Source of the DNA: Lama guanicoe
Lineage: Eukaryota
Direction: 5' to 3'
Length of the DNA: 64,000 nucleotides
Assembly: GCA_013239625.1 (NCBI GenBank)
Contig: MU053994.1
Coordinates: 2,299,589-2,363,588, forward strand
The notes under the pieces are model-generated. The model saw nothing but the letters and a program-made list of their open reading frames with translations, searched no databases and was not told where the DNA came from. Of this stretch, positions 36,725-49,619 are shown piece by piece. Each line of letters starts with the position of its first letter. Positions within the stretch are counted from its first letter, which is position 1. The translations under genes and the position numbers were made by a program.

Positions 36725-37445
36725 CATTAAAAAATGTATTAAACTATAGTTGATTTACAATATTGTGTTAGTTTCAGGTGTACAGCTTCAGATTCTTTCC
36801 CATTATGGGTTATTACAGGATATTGAATGTAGTTCCCTGTGTTAGACGGCAGGTCCTTGTTTATCTATCTTATATATAGTAGTGTGTGTCTGTAAATCCC
36901 AAACTCCTAATTTATCCCTCCCCCTGCTTTCCCCATTGGTAACCGGATGTTTTTTTTTTCTATGTCTGTGAGTCTCTTTCTGTTTTGTAAATAAGTTGAT
37001 ATGTATTATTTTTTTAGATTCCACGTATTAAGTGATCTTATATAATATTTGTCTTTCTGTGCCTGACTTTGTTCACTTAGTACGATAATCTTTAGGTCCT
37101 TCCATGTTGCTGCAAATGGCATTGTTTCATTCTTTTTTCTGGCTGGGTAATATTCTATTGCATATATACACCACATCGTCTTTATCCAGTCATTTGTCGA
37201 TGGGCACTTGGGTTGTTTCCCTGTCTTGGCTTTTGTGAATAGTGCTGCTATGAACATTGGGGTGCTTGTATCTTTTTGAATTAGAGTTTTCATCTTTTGT
37301 GGATATATGCCTAGGAGTGAAATTGCTGGATCATATAGTAGTTCCTATTTTTAGTTTAAGGGGCCTCCGTACTGTTTTCCATAGTGGCCGCACCAATTTA
37401 CATTCCTACCAACAGTGTAAGAGGGTTCCCTTTTCTCCACCCCCT
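36725..37445 (-). mobile_element. Artiodactyl/camelid L1 ORF2 end and 3'UTR
   Basis: ORF 37006..37293 [31 protein letters not shown](C/T)TTTT. Confidence 0.9.
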
Positions 37446-37602
37446 TTCGGAGGGAGTTTTTAGAAGCCAGTGCAGGGCTGAAGCACCAGGGAGAAACAGA
37501 GAGGAAAGTGGAGCTCTCCAGTGCTCCTGGCTGGGAGAGCTGGGCCCTCAAGGAGGAGGAGAGAGAGGCCTGTGTGTCTAAGAGCTTCAGGACCAAGGCC
37601 TG

Positions 37603-37960
37603 TATGATAATTGTAGGTTTCAACCTGGCTGGGCCACGGTATGCCCAGACATGTGGTCAAACATTATTCTGAGTGTTTAAGGGTGTTTATAGATGAGACT
37701 AACATTTAAACAGGTAGACTTTGAGTAAAGTAGATTGCTCTTCCTAATATGGGTGGGCTTCATCCAATCAGTTGAAGGCCTGAATATAACAAAAGACTAA
37801 CCTCTCCTGAGTAAGAGAGAATTCATTCTCCCAGCAGATGGCTTTTGGACTTCATCTGCACCATCAGCTCTTCGAGGTCTCTGGCCTGCTGGCTTGCACT
37901 GTAGATTTTGGACTTGTCAGTCTCCATAATCTCATGATCTCATAAGCCAATTCCTTATAC

Positions 37961-37995
<35 letters not shown>

Positions 37996-38035
37996 GTATT
38001 GGTTCTGTTTCTCTGGAAGAAGCCTGCCTAATACA
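37603..38035 (+). mobile_element. MLT2 (ERVL) solo LTR
   Basis: CCCAGACATGTGGTCAAACATTATTCTG...(TC)n...CTAATACA; 5-bp TSD GCCTG. Confidence 0.85.
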
Positions 38036-38432
38036 GCCTGCTTCCTGCCAGAGCCTAGGTTGGCTCCAGCATCCATGCCCCAGGGCAGGAGAGAGGCCTT
38101 GTGCCCATACAGCAGGAGGGAACTTAAAACCTTTCCTCAAGCCACAACTTATTCTGGGGCCTTGGAATTGGAGCAGCCCTCACCAAACTAAGCAGCTGGT
38201 CATACTCTCCGAGCCCTCCCTCTCACTCTATCACCTGCCAGCCTAGCCCCCAGACCCCAGAGCCTGGAGTTGGCTCAAGCCTTCTGTTCTGCCCATCCTG
38301 CCAGACCCAGATGTCAGCAGGAGGCACACCTCTTCCCTGGGCCCCAGGAGCCTGGCCCTTTCCTTGTTGCCAGGGAGCCTTGGAAGACAGGGAAGGGCAT
38401 TCTCTCTGGACATCTGGGCCCCAGTCACCCTT

Positions 38433-38784
38433 GGTTTTAGTCTGCTTGGGCTGCCATAACAAAATACCATAGACTGGGTGGCTTAATAGAAATTTATTTC
38501 TCACAGTTCTGGAGACTGGAAGTCTGGGATCAGGATGCCAGCATGGTCAGGTTCTGGTGAGGGCTTTCTTCCTGGCTTATGGATGGCTGCCTTCTCCCTG
38601 TGTCCTCACATGGTGGGGGAGAGCAAGAGCAAGCTCCCTGGTATCTCTGCTTATAAGGGCACCAATCCTATCGAACCAGGGCCCCACCCTTAATTACCTC
38701 CTTATAGGTCCTATCTCCAAATGCAGTCACACTGGGGGTTAGGGCTTCAACATGCGGATTTGGAACATGATTCAACCCATAGCA
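38433..38784 (-). mobile_element. MLT1A-like MaLR solo LTR
   Basis: TTAGTCTGCTTGGGCTGCCATAACAAAATACCATAGACTGGGTGGC...CCCATAGCA; 5-bp TSD CCCTT. Confidence 0.85.
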
Positions 38785-39137
38785 CCCTTGCAGACAAGTT
38801 CCTTCCCTTGAAAGCTTCTGTGCAGACGCTGACTAATATGCTGGTGCTCCCAGGACTCTCGCCTAGAGAAACATGAAGTGCCTTGAAAGGTGATCTGGGG
38901 ACTTTATACTAAAACCACTTGTAAAGCCGTAGTAGGCCCAGTCTGTCTCAGGTCCCACCCAGGGCTGCCCTCATCAGTCCCACTCATTGGACTCACCCTG
39001 ATGACAGGTCAGTCGTTGGATGTCGTGTGGGTGATGCGAGGGCCCAATGCAGGACGGGGGTTGGGATCAGGCTTAGGTCAGGGGTGGTTTTGTCAAGGGA
39101 CTCAAGGCTCACGCTAAGTCAAGGGGGAGTAAAACTC

Positions 39138-39212
39138 TGTGTATGTGTGTGTGTGTGTGAGAGAGACAGACAGACAGAGAGAGACAGAGAGGTGAGAACG
39201 AGAGAGAGACTG
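39138..39212. repeat. (TG)n(GA/GACA)n compound microsatellite
   Basis: Direct inspection. Confidence 0.9.
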
Positions 39213-39339
39213 TGTATTTGTGGTGGAGGAGAGAGTGCTACCTGTACACAAACTTTTTTAAAACTGTTTTATGCTGGCTCTTTGTCCATGGGGCATTGTT
39301 CCTCCTAAACTTCTCTGCTTGCTGGCTAAGACTTCTGGA

Positions 39340-39533
39340 TTGTTTTGCCAGATAAAGATACAGGAGGTTGAGTTAAATGAGAATTTCAGATAAACAAGAA
39401 AGAATCTTTTCAGTGTATGTCCCATACAACATTTGGGGGCACACTTCTACTAAAAAAAAAATTCTTCATTCTTTACCAAAAATCCACTTTCACTGGTGCC
39501 CTGTATTTTTATTTGCTAAATCTGGCAGCCCTA
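39340..39533. mobile_element. MER53, near full-length
   Basis: TTGCCAGATAAAGATACAGG...TATGTCCCATACAACATTTGGGGGCACAC...TTTATTTGCTAAATCTGGCAGCCCTA. Confidence 0.85.
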
Positions 39534-39922
39534 CTTATGAAGGATGGGTAGACTACACGTGGAAATGCAAATCGAGGGGTATTCATAGCTCACGGGGCCT
39601 GCACTGTGACTTCCGCAAGTAGGCAAGCAAGCCCTGGATTGTGGGAGGGGCAGCCGCTGTCTGCCAAGACCCTGGGAGGGAAGCAGGCGCTGCTTGGCCC
39701 ACACGTCCACTGTGGGATGCTGCTGCCACCGTGTCTCTCATGTCAGGCCCTTCACTGCATAGTTTACCTTCCCGAGATGGGCCTTCAGTAACGGCTAGCC
39801 TCACCTGGCCTCCAGCTGGCCGATGGCTTCAGGCAGGCCATTTGGACACCTTTTTTCAGTACAGGGGTTTGTAGACACCCTAGGTTGTGTAGCTTCAAAG
39901 ACAGTGTCAAAACTGAAGTTTT

Positions 39923-40525
39923 ATTTTTTTTTTAAATTGAAGTATAGTTGATTTACAATGTTAATTTCTGATGTACAGCATGGTGATTCAGTTATACATA
40001 TATATATATATATATACATATTATTTTTCATGTTCTTTTTTATTATAGGTTATTACAAGATATTGATTATAGGTCCCTGTGCTATACAGTAGGACCTTGT
40101 TGTTTGTTTTACATAGTGGTTTGTATCTGCTAATCCCATACTCCTAATTTATCCCTCCTCCCCATTCCCCCTTGGTAACCCTAAGTTTGTTATCTACGTC
40201 TGCGAGTCTATTTCTGTATTTAAAGTAAGTTCATTTGTCTCACTTTTTTTAGATTCCACATATAAGTGATATATGATATTTTCTTTGTTTGGCTTACATC
40301 ACTTAGTATAATAATGTCTAGGTCCATTCATGTTGTTGCAAATGGCATTATTTTCTTCTTTTTTATGGCTGAGTAGTATTCCATTGTGCATACGTGTGTG
40401 TGTTTGTGTGTGTGTGTATACACATATACAGAACTTCTTTATCCAGTCATCTGTTGATAGACACTTAGGTTGCTTTCATGTCTTGGCTATTGTAAATAGT
40501 GCTGCTATGAACATTGGGGTGCATG
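39923..40525 (-). mobile_element. Artiodactyl/camelid L1 3' end
   Basis: TAAATTGAAGTATAGTTGATTTACAATG...GCTATGAACATTGGGGTGCATG. Confidence 0.9.
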
Positions 40526-40895
40526 TAAAAATGAGGGTTTTGTGGGGTTCTCAGCTCATGGTACCTTCTAGGTAGTCCCATAATGAAGATAAGTGTAATG
40601 GTAAGTCCCCCTTGGACCAAAGGGCATAGGGTGTGGCCTCCATGGGCTGGCAGATGGCAAGAGAAAGCCCAGGCTCGGCCTTCTGCTAGGGCAATGAGTT
40701 GGGATAGTCACTTTGCTTTCTCCTAACCTCAGCCTCCCCCTTTGGGGAAGAGATAATGCAAATATCTGCCTCATACAGCAGTTGTAAGACTTCAGTGGAA
40801 ATGATATATAAAAAGAGTCTGGCATAGTGTCTGGCCAATGGAGCCAAGAGAAGGTGAGCTGGGACCTCAGTGGTTTCAGGTACCGACAAAGTGCT

Positions 40896-41253
40896 TGTCT
40901 TAGTCAGCTTGGCCTTAAACAACAGATATTAGTTCTCACAATTATGGAGGCTGGAAGTCCAAGATCAAGAAGCCAGATGATTCAGTTCCTGGTGAGGGCC
41001 CTCTTCCTGGTTTGCAGGTGGCCAGCTTCTCACTGTGTCTTCACATGGCAGAGAGAGAGGGAGAAAGAGAACCAGCTGCCTCCTCTTAGAAGGGCACCCA
41101 TCCCATCGTGAGAGCCCCACCTTCATCCTACTCTCTTGACCTCATCTAATCCTAATCACCTCCCAAAAACCTTACCTCCAAATACTCCCCTGTTGGGGAT
41201 TAGAATTTCAACATAGGAATTTGAGAGGGGACACAAACATTTGGTCCATAACA
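40896..41253 (-). mobile_element. MLT1A/MST-like MaLR LTR
   Basis: TGTCTTAGTCAGCTTGG...GGAGGCTGGAAGTCCAAGATCAAG...GGGGACACAAACATTTGGTCCATAACA. Confidence 0.8.
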
Positions 41254-41652
41254 GTCTCTTCCAAACAACATGTTTCTGTTGGCTGTGATTGTAAGACTAA
41301 GATGCACACCATCTTGGTAAACTCTCCAGAAATAAAGTGCCCAAGAATATTTCAGAGACATCTAGTTCACTATCTGCATGCTGATTTGCTCATTTAAGGG
41401 AGAGCAGTCAATAGACTCTTGTTAAGGAACCAAGGCAAAAGTAGTACAAAAGAGAGAGAGAGAGAGAAAAAAACTACAGGTGACTTGGAGACAGTGAGTC
41501 TTGTTTGCATATTTTGGGGGCAAAATGATTCAGTGGCAGCTGGTAAAGAGGTCAGTCTAGGTTGTCTCTCCTCGAGCAGGCCAAGTAGGGAAGCAAAGAA
41601 CAGTTTCAGTTGTTTATGAGTTCTCCAGAAAACCTTGAGAATTTAGCGGTCA

Positions 41653-42280
41653 TGGTAGGCAGGACCCAGGATTCCCATCCTCTGGTGTGCATACCCTGGA
41701 TAATCTCCTCTCCTTGAGTGTGAGTGGGACTGGGGAAGGTGATGAGAGACCGCTCCTATGACTGGCAGAGGGGATTTTGCAGATGTAATTAAGGTCCCTA
41801 ATCAGTTGACTTTGAGTTAACTTAAGTCAATTATCCTGGGTGGGCTTGACCTAATCAGATGAGCCCTTCAAAGTCAAAGAGGGTAAAGCATCAGTGAGGC
41901 TCTCTTGCTGGCCTTGAGGAAGAAAGCAAACAGCCATATTGTGAACTGCCCACGGAGGGGGCCACAAGGCAAGGACCTGAGGGTGTCCTCAAAGAGCTGA
42001 AAGAGATCTCCAGCCAATGGCTATCAAGAAAATAAGACCTGAGTCCTACAACTACAAGAAACCAAATTCTGCCAACAACAAGTGTGAGCTTGGAAGAGGA
42101 CTCCAAGCTCCAGAAAGGAAGACAGTGGACAGACCCCTTGATGCAGCCTTATGAGACCCTGAGCAGAAAACCCAGTTCCACTGGGCCTGGATTTCTGACC
42201 TACTGAAATTGAGATAAATGTGTGTTGTTTTAAGCCACTAAGTTTGTGGCAATATGTTACATAACAATAGAAAAGGAATA
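41653..42280 (+). mobile_element. MLT1E-like MaLR LTR
   Basis: GGGATTTTGCAGATGTAATTAAGGTCCCTAATCAGTTGACTTTGAG...TTTAAGCCACTAAGTTTGTGGCAATATGTTAC. Confidence 0.8.
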
Positions 42281-42999
42281 TGGCTGTGGAGTGTTTTTGA
42301 TGGGCCCCAGGCTGTGTCCGTACACCTTCTACTCATGTCCTACAAGCACCACCACTTTTTCTGTATCATTTCCTCCATCAGAATTCTCAGTAGGCAGTAA
42401 ATCTGCATTGTTCTCATCTTCCCCAAATTCTTCTTTGTAGCGTATTTCTCCTCCCATCCTACAAGTATATGTAAGCCTCCCTTTTCTAAGAAAACTTCCT
42501 TTAACCCTGCCTCCTCACCCCAAATGGTGTCATTTCTCTTTTCTTTGAAGTGCCAGATTTCTTGAGAGAGGAGTCCACACTTCCTCACTTCCACTTCCCG
42601 CATAGCTCACCACAACTGGCATTGCCTCCTTCCCAACAGACAGTTGCTAATGACCTTCTGATGACCACGTTCAGTGACCTCCGTGCAATCCTCTGTCTCC
42701 CAGAATAGATAGCTGTGTGGACACTCATTGCTTGCTCACCTAGCTTCCATTCACCCTTCATAATAGCATCTAGATTGTCCTTCACAGACACTTTTTCCTC
42801 CTCCATTGCCTAGCAACTGAGTGATTTGTGAGGGATTGACCCCTCCAGGGATGGGTCCAATTGACCAGAGCCAGGTCAGCCTGATCCTCTCCCTTTTACC
42901 ATAGTGATTCTTTCAAGGGTGGGCATGGGAAGATGAAAGGAAACAAGACCCTTGATGATATCATTAAGCCGCTGGATTAAACTCACCTTGCAGCCTATT

Positions 43000-43244
43000 T
43001 TTTTTTTAATTGAAGTATGGTCAGTTTACAATGTTGGATCAATTTCTGGTGTATAACATAAATATTCTAGTCATACATGTACATACGTATATTCCTTTTC
43101 ATATTCTTTTTCATTATGGATTACCACAAGACATTGAATATAGATAGTTCCCTGTGCTATACAGTAGGACCTTGTAGTTTATCTGTTTTATATATAGTAA
43201 TTAGTATCTGCAAATCTTGACCTCCCAATTTATCCCTCCCCACC
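43000..43244 (-). mobile_element. Camelid L1 3' end inserted in an old MLT1 LTR
   Basis: TTAATTGAAGTATGGTCAGTTTACAATG...; TSD approximately TG(C/A)AGCCTATT. Confidence 0.85.
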
Positions 43245-43389
43245 CCTGAAGCCTATTCTGATCACGTACTTTCCAGTTGTGTGAGCCAGTAAGTCTTCCT
43301 TTACATTAACATGCGTTGTCTTTTCTGTTCCATAAAGGGTCCTCACTGACGCACATCTCCATAGCATTCAATACTGTTGACTATCTTCT

Positions 43390-43720
43390 GCTTGAGTAAT
43401 GGAAAACCCAAATTATCATGTCTTAAGCATGTTAGAAGTTTTGTGGTTTGGTTTTGTTTTCTCTTGGGTAATAAGAATTCTGAAGGGAATTGGTTGCTGG
43501 TGTTTGTAGTCATTTCAACAGCTTAAAGATGTCAGAGTAGTTCTCTTGGCTTTCTCCTCATGATGCCAAGATGGCTTCCGCAGGTGCAGCCATCACATCC
43601 ACAGTCAAGACAGAAAGGAGGAGGGAGGGCAGGAGAGGTACCTTCACCAGCTGGCTTCTACTAATGTCTCACTGGCTGGAGCTGCATCACATGGCTGCCA
43701 CTAGCTGCAAGGGAGTCAGG
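43390..43720 (-). mobile_element. MLT1K/L-like MaLR fragment
   Basis: CAAGATGGCTTCCGCAGGTGCAGCCATCACATCC...CACATGGCTGCCACTAGCTGCAAGGGAG. Confidence 0.6.
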
Positions 43721-45209
43721 CTTTCTGGACCCTGGAATAGAGGCAAGTCAGCTAGAGGAGGGTCAGGGTAGAGTCAGAGTGAGCCAACTTTAGAGGGTCC
43801 TCTTCAAGACCCCAGGGCTCCTTCACTGACTCTTCCTCATCCCACAGCCTCACTGTCAGACTCCCAGGCACACTCTCTGGACCTCTGCTGTCTTGGGCAA
43901 GCTTATCAGCTGCTGGAGGACTCCAGATGTCTGCCCCCAGGCCCACTCTCCCTCCTGTTTGCTCAGCTGTCTGCGCACCCTCCTCCACCTGATGTCCCAG
44001 AGGCGCCTGGCCCTTTACGCCACCTCCCTCTCATCACTGTTAAGCCCAATGTCAACATCACCTCCCCACATCTCATCAGACTTGCCCGGAGTCGGCTGCC
44101 ATGGTCAGTAACCAGGACCCTAGAATCGTGCTGGCGCTTGTAATTCTGGAAAGAAGGACAGCTACCTTCTAGAGCCTCGCAGCTGGAGGAGAGGCATGTG
44201 GGGAGAGGGCTGGTGCATCTGGAACGAGAGAGCTTTGGAAGAAATGTTGCACTGTTGCTGTGAACTCCATTTCTGGTTTGGACGAAAATTCCCACACAAT
44301 GGGATTCCCACGGGGTGATTTTTTTTTTTTTAACCCACCTGCCCTCTAGGCTTTGAGGCCCTATAATAATGATCCCAGGAACAGGCCTCTGATTTTCCAA
44401 GGTCTGGCCGGACCTCTTGGCCTCAAATGGTTCCCCAGCCTCCAGAGGATGTGAGGATGGCCAGCAGTATAGCTCTGACTTTGCTCAGAAAGTAGCACAA
44501 AATCAGTACCCAGATGTGTTGCTGAGAGAAGGCAGGCAGGGCAGGGAGGGAGGGAGGGAGGGAGGCACATGCCTGGGAGTGTGAGAAGCCCAGGGCTCAC
44601 GGGGCTGCCTTCCTCTGTCTGTAACCTCAGGTCACCTCCCTCTGTGGGCCTCAATTTCCTCTTCTGCGAAAGAAGGCCTGGATTAGATCAGTCCCCAGGC
44701 CTCTTCTAGCCCTGACGGTCTGTGATTTTCTAATTTCCTTCAGACTCCGGGGGCCTGCAGACCCCATGCTAATGTGGATGAATAAAACATGGGCGTCCTA
44801 AAGCTCTAAATATCGCAAGTATTTGCTTTGGATTTGTTCTCACTTAACTGTGTGGTAAGCGGCGTCCAGCTGGGGCCCACAGCCTCCTGTTTGGATTGTT
44901 CCAGGGTGGCCGGGCTCCCCCAGGAGGCTGATGGCTCGTGGGGGCGGCCCTGCCTCCACCGACCCGCCCCCAGGGGACCTTGTCTTGTGGCCTCAACCCC
45001 AAACCCCCCTCATCAGCTCCCCTGCCCTTTGGCGCTCCAGGCCCTGATCCCACCACCCTGGGGACATTTCTCTTGGGTGTCTGCGCTGGCACCTTCAGCC
45101 ATTACGTGTCCACCTGGCTCCATGCTGGAGGCTGCATATTCCTATGTCTCTTCCGTGGGGATTCAACAGATACAATTGTGTTTCTTCTTTTTAAGTTTTT
45201 TTTTTCCTT

Positions 45210-45695
45210 AATTTTTTTTTTCAGTGCAGTTTTAGGTTTTAGGTCATTAACATCTAGCATTAGTTGTGGTACATTTGTCACAAGTGATGAGCCAGTGTTG
45301 GCACATTGTTATGTACTAAAGTCTGCGATGTGCATTACAGTTCACTCTCCGTGTTGTACATTCTGTGGGTTTTGCCCAGTGCATCACGTCATGTGTCCAC
45401 CTTTACAGTATCATATGGAATAATTTCCCTGCCCCAGACATCCCCTGTGTCCCATCTATTCCTCCCTTCCTTCTTCCCTGCCCACAACCCCTGGCAACCA
45501 CCGATCTTCTTACTCTGTAGCTTTGTCTTCCCCCAAGGGTCATCTAGTTGGAATCATACAGCACGTAGCCTTTTTAGACTGAGCTCTTTCACTCCCAGCA
45601 ATATGAGTTTAAGGTCCCTGCACGTCTTTTTGTGACTTGATAGCTCATTGCTTTTTACCATTGAGTACTATTCCATTGTATGGTTGGACCACTCC
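45210..45695 (-). mobile_element. Old L1MB/MC 3'UTR fragment
   Basis: GTGGTACATTTGTCACAAGTGATGAGCCAGTGTTGGCACATTG...GTTGGAATCATACAGCACGTAGCCTTT. Confidence 0.75.
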
Positions 45696-46393
45696 ATAGA
45701 TGTAATTTTTGATTGATCAACCGGTGGAGAAGACCGAAAGTGTGAGATGAACGGCAATCCTCCAAACACAAAGTCTGTAAGAAAGCTGGATTTCAGGATG
45801 TTTCTCGGTAATGCATACAGCGTGTCCAACAAAGAGAATCCAACCAGCTGAGAGTTGAATTTAGAGCATTAGCTATGAGGCAAATTACTTTTACTACAGG
45901 AAGTTTCTTTCTTAAATAATTGCATTTAAAACAGGATTCAACTAACAATTTTTCTACAACGTTTTTGGTGTGCTTTCACACTAGATGTTATCTATACCGT
46001 GTGAGATATTGTGCAAACAGAGATGCTTTGGAGAGTCAAGGGGGTGTGCTATTAATAATTATGTCCAAACAACAGATGTCAGCCAGAACCATCCCAGATA
46101 ACATAGTCTTTCTATTTATGACTAGTATTCTGTCTGCTTAAAATAGCTGAGGGGACATCGGATATTTTTGTGTTTCTCCAAAAGTATTAGATGGTATATG
46201 AGTTAAGGTTACACTAGGGTGGTGATGCTTCAAGTAGCAAATCCAAGTTTATTTTTCACTCACATAAAATCTAAAACACTTATTGCTGATTGGCAGGAGT
46301 GGGAGGTATGGTGGGGGGGCTCTGCTCCATGCAGTCATTCAGGGAACCAGGCTGATGGGGCCTCTGCCATCTTCCACGTGTGCCTTTCAAATA

Positions 46394-46495
46394 GGGTGAT
46401 CAATCATTGTCTGAGAGTGAGGGGGTTCCTGGGGTGCAGATTTTCAGGGCTGAAACTGGGACAGTTTCTGGCAAACTCAGACAGTTGGTCCTATT
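46394..46495 (-). mobile_element. MER81-like hAT-Blackjack MITE inside an MLT1 LTR (~46200-46740)
   Basis: AGGGTGATCAA...GAGGGGGTTCCTGGGGTGCAGATTTTCAGGGCTGAAACTGGGACAG. Confidence 0.6.
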
Positions 46496-46848
46496 TCCTA
46501 TATCCAAGGTTGTCCTGAGGATTGACATCAAAACTGGTTGGGAGGGGAAGAGACAGAGTGGAGAAGGGTGTGGCAGGCGTTTATAAGCCAGACAACTCAT
46601 CACTTCTGCCTGCTTTCTGTTGGCCAGAACAGAGTCTCATGGCCACGCCCAGCTGCAAGGGAGACTGGGCAATGTAGTCCAGCTGTGTGCCCCCCAAGAA
46701 AGGGAAGTTGTTTTGATGATGAACTAGCTGTCTCTGCCTTGGAAGGGAACGGAATAATGTCTTGTTTTACTAGTGGGCCCTCAGACTGACTTCTCTCTCA
46801 GCTGGCATATGTCTGGGAGGGATTAGTGCCCACCCACCTTTATAAAAA

Positions 46849-47419
46849 TTTTTTTTTTTAGTTTAGAGAAAAATATTTATTTACTTTAAAATGACAAAAG
46901 AGAGCTTTGCATCTCATTTTTTTCACCTATTTAACCATGATCACGGAAAATAGAGATCAACTACAAAAAGCCATAGCCCAGGCATAACTTGGTTTCAACT
47001 TAAAACAAATTCTTCAGAAAACAGAGGACTATGGAGTAGTGACTCATAGCCCTGGCTTTACATTTAAGTCACTTGGGACATGCAAGCGATGCAAGTGTCC
47101 ATCAACAGATGAATGGATAGGAAGAGGTAGTCTGTGTGCACAATGGAATATCATTCATCCATTGAAGAAAAAAGCATGAAAATTTGCCATTTGGAACAGC
47201 ATGGGTAGACCTGGAGGGAATTATGCTAAATGAAATAAGTCAGACAAAGAAAGACAAATACCGTAAGATATCACTTGTATGTGGAATCCAAAAAATACAG
47301 CAAACTAGTGAATATAGCCAAAAAAGGAGCAGACTCACAGATAGAACAAACGAATGGTCACCAGAAGGGACCATTATACAGTATCGAGGTAGGAAATTAA
47401 GAGGTACAAACCGTTAGGT
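46849..47419 (-). pseudogene. L1-mediated insertion: poly(A)-tailed non-repeat sequence fused to an opposite-strand L1 fragment
   Basis: Poly-T 46849-46859; TTTATT 46876-46881; L1 (+) ~47076-47419; TSD CCACCTTT(A/G)TAAA at 46834 and 47420. Confidence 0.7.
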
Positions 47420-48293
47420 CCACCTTTGTAAATTTAAGTCTCATTTGCCTAGCAGTCAGGAGAGTCAATTCTGAGTGCCCACGTGGCCCAGGCCTCTGCC
47501 GATGGGCAGTCTGGAGCATGCTGGGGAGGTGGGGGGCACGGATTGTAGAGGTTACACCTGGGGGCCACAGAAACTCACCAGAAGAGAATCAGGTTGCAAA
47601 GCAGGGAGGTGCCATGTTGGAGGTTCTGGTTGTGCTGCAAACTGAAAACTCGGGATCTGTGAAGCCATCACAGTACATTCCAGCGCCCATGTTGAGTACA
47701 CATCTAGCAATATAATTAGTCTTGAACATGACTGCTTTTTCCAGGCCAAACCATCAGCAGGTCGTTTGGTGGAAGCTGAGCTTTCCCATGGCAGTTAGTT
47801 CTCTTCACCACGGTCATCTCTTCTAGCGTCCCTGAGAAGTGGGTTAGGGCTACCGGCCCCAGGCTGGGGGAAGCCACTGTGTGCAGGGTGACACCATAGG
47901 CTTGACTTGTGTGGGTTCTGTCCTTCCCCGGGTGCCTCTGATGCAGCCAGGGGACCTGGTCGGGAAGATGGTTTTCAGGTGTCTGACTCCAGGGCCTCCG
48001 ACACAGGGGATCCCTGCCCTCCCTGGTGAGGGCAAGTTTGGGCAGAGAGGGAAATGATGCTAATTTCACTCCTCCCCCTCCCCCCGCCCTTCATGCCTCT
48101 GGTGTGAGGCAAATCTGGGGAGCTAATGTGAGCGGATGTCAACAAGGCCGCCCTGGACAGCTCCAGCTGGAGGGACTTTGGTTTCTGCAGCCCCCACCCA
48201 AGGTACCAAGGGTTGCCTTTTCAGAGCCTGGGCTTGTGACCCAGGCCTTTCCTTCCATAACTCTCTCCTTGGGTCACAGACTCCACTGGCCAC

Positions 48294-48735
48294 TGTATTC
48301 GTTTCCTGTGGCTGCTGTAACAAACGACCACAAACTCGGTGGCTTAAATCAATTACCGCAAACTTGGCAGCTCACAGTTCTGGAGGCCAGAAGTCTCAAA
48401 TTGGTATCACTGGGCTGAAATCAAGGCGTCAGCAGGGCTGCTCTCCCTTTAGAGGTTCCAGGGGAGAATCTGTTCGTTGCCTCTTCCAGCTGCTGGTGGC
48501 TGCCGGCCTTCCTTGGCTTGTGCGGGCATCGCTGCAGTCTCTGCCTCGGTGATCACGTGGCCTTCTCGCCTCTACAATCTCCCTCTGTCTCCCTTTTATA
48601 AGGATGCTTGTGATAGCATTTCTCCCCATTTGAGATACCATAATTTTCCCCCCTCAAGATCCTTAATTGAATCACATTTGCAAAGTCCTTTTTTGCCATA
48701 TAAGGCAACGTTCGAGGGATTAAGATATTGACATC
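48294..48735 (-). mobile_element. MLT1C/D-like MaLR LTR
   Basis: TGTATTCGTTTCCTGTGGCTGCTGTAACAAACGACCACAAACTCGGTGGC...ATCACATTTGCAAAGTCC. Confidence 0.8.
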
Positions 48736-48802
48736 TTTTTTTTTGTTTTCGTTTTGAAGTGAGGCATTGTTCAGCTTCCCACAGCCAATAAGGCACAAAA
48801 TA

Positions 48803-48994
48803 CAGTTGACCCTCGGACAAGGTGGGGATTAGAGGCTCCAGCCCTCCCTGCGGTGGGTCCATATGCACACACGGTCCGCATCCGTGGATTCAATCAACCG
48901 AGGATGGTTTAATGCCATGGTATTTACTATTGAAAAAAATCTGCATATAAGTGGACCTGCACAATTCAAATCTGTGTTATTCAATAGTCAACTG
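48803..48994. mobile_element. Tigger2-derived MITE
   Basis: TA|CAGTTGACCCT ... TAGTCAACTG|TA TIRs with TA TSD. Confidence 0.85.
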
Positions 48995-49037
48995 TACTTC
49001 AAACGGTGTGAGTCCCTCTGCGTATACACGGTGGGTG

Positions 49038-49587
49038 TGCTGTCGAGCGCAAGTTTCTGTGCCCCACACGCAGTGTGGCCAAGCAAACCAAAACATCAGA
49101 GTTTGGAGTAGAGAAAGTTTTGTTGCAGGGCCAAGCAAGGAGAACAGGCAGCTTGCGCTTAAAAAAAAAACAACAACAAAACAAACAAGCAAAAAACCCA
49201 AATTCCCTGATGGTATTCGGGAAAAGCTTTTATAGGCTAAATTTGGGATGAGGGCTGCAGGATGTGGGACTTTTTTCTGATTGGTTGGAGGTGACGTCAC
49301 AGGGCGGTGCTCCAGGAATCTTGGGCTCAGCCTGAAGTTACCATCCTCCACCTGGACGGGGCCTTAGCTCCAGCACAGGAACTCAAAGATACTGTTCTGT
49401 ACATCCCTTGAGGGGGAGCCAGGACCTTGCCTCATCCCTGCATTATTGTTTCTTGACTGCACCTCCCTTGTTTCTGCATTTCCTTACTTCCCTAAGCAGA
49501 AACTGAGTCTGCCCTTTGGAACTCAGGGAAAATGACACAGAAAGGATTTGTACCCGGGAAGGCCCCACAGGCTCCTGCTGGGTTTCT
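49038..49587 (-). mobile_element. Artiodactyl ERV1-type solo LTR
   Basis: GAGTTTGGAGTAGAGAAAGTTTTGTTGCAGGGCCAAGCAAGGAGAAC...TTTCTGATTGGTTGG...CTCAGCCTGAAGTTACCATCCTCCACCTGG. Confidence 0.7.
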
Positions 49588-49619
49588 GTCAGAGAGGATG
49601 GACAGAAACCACCTGCTCT

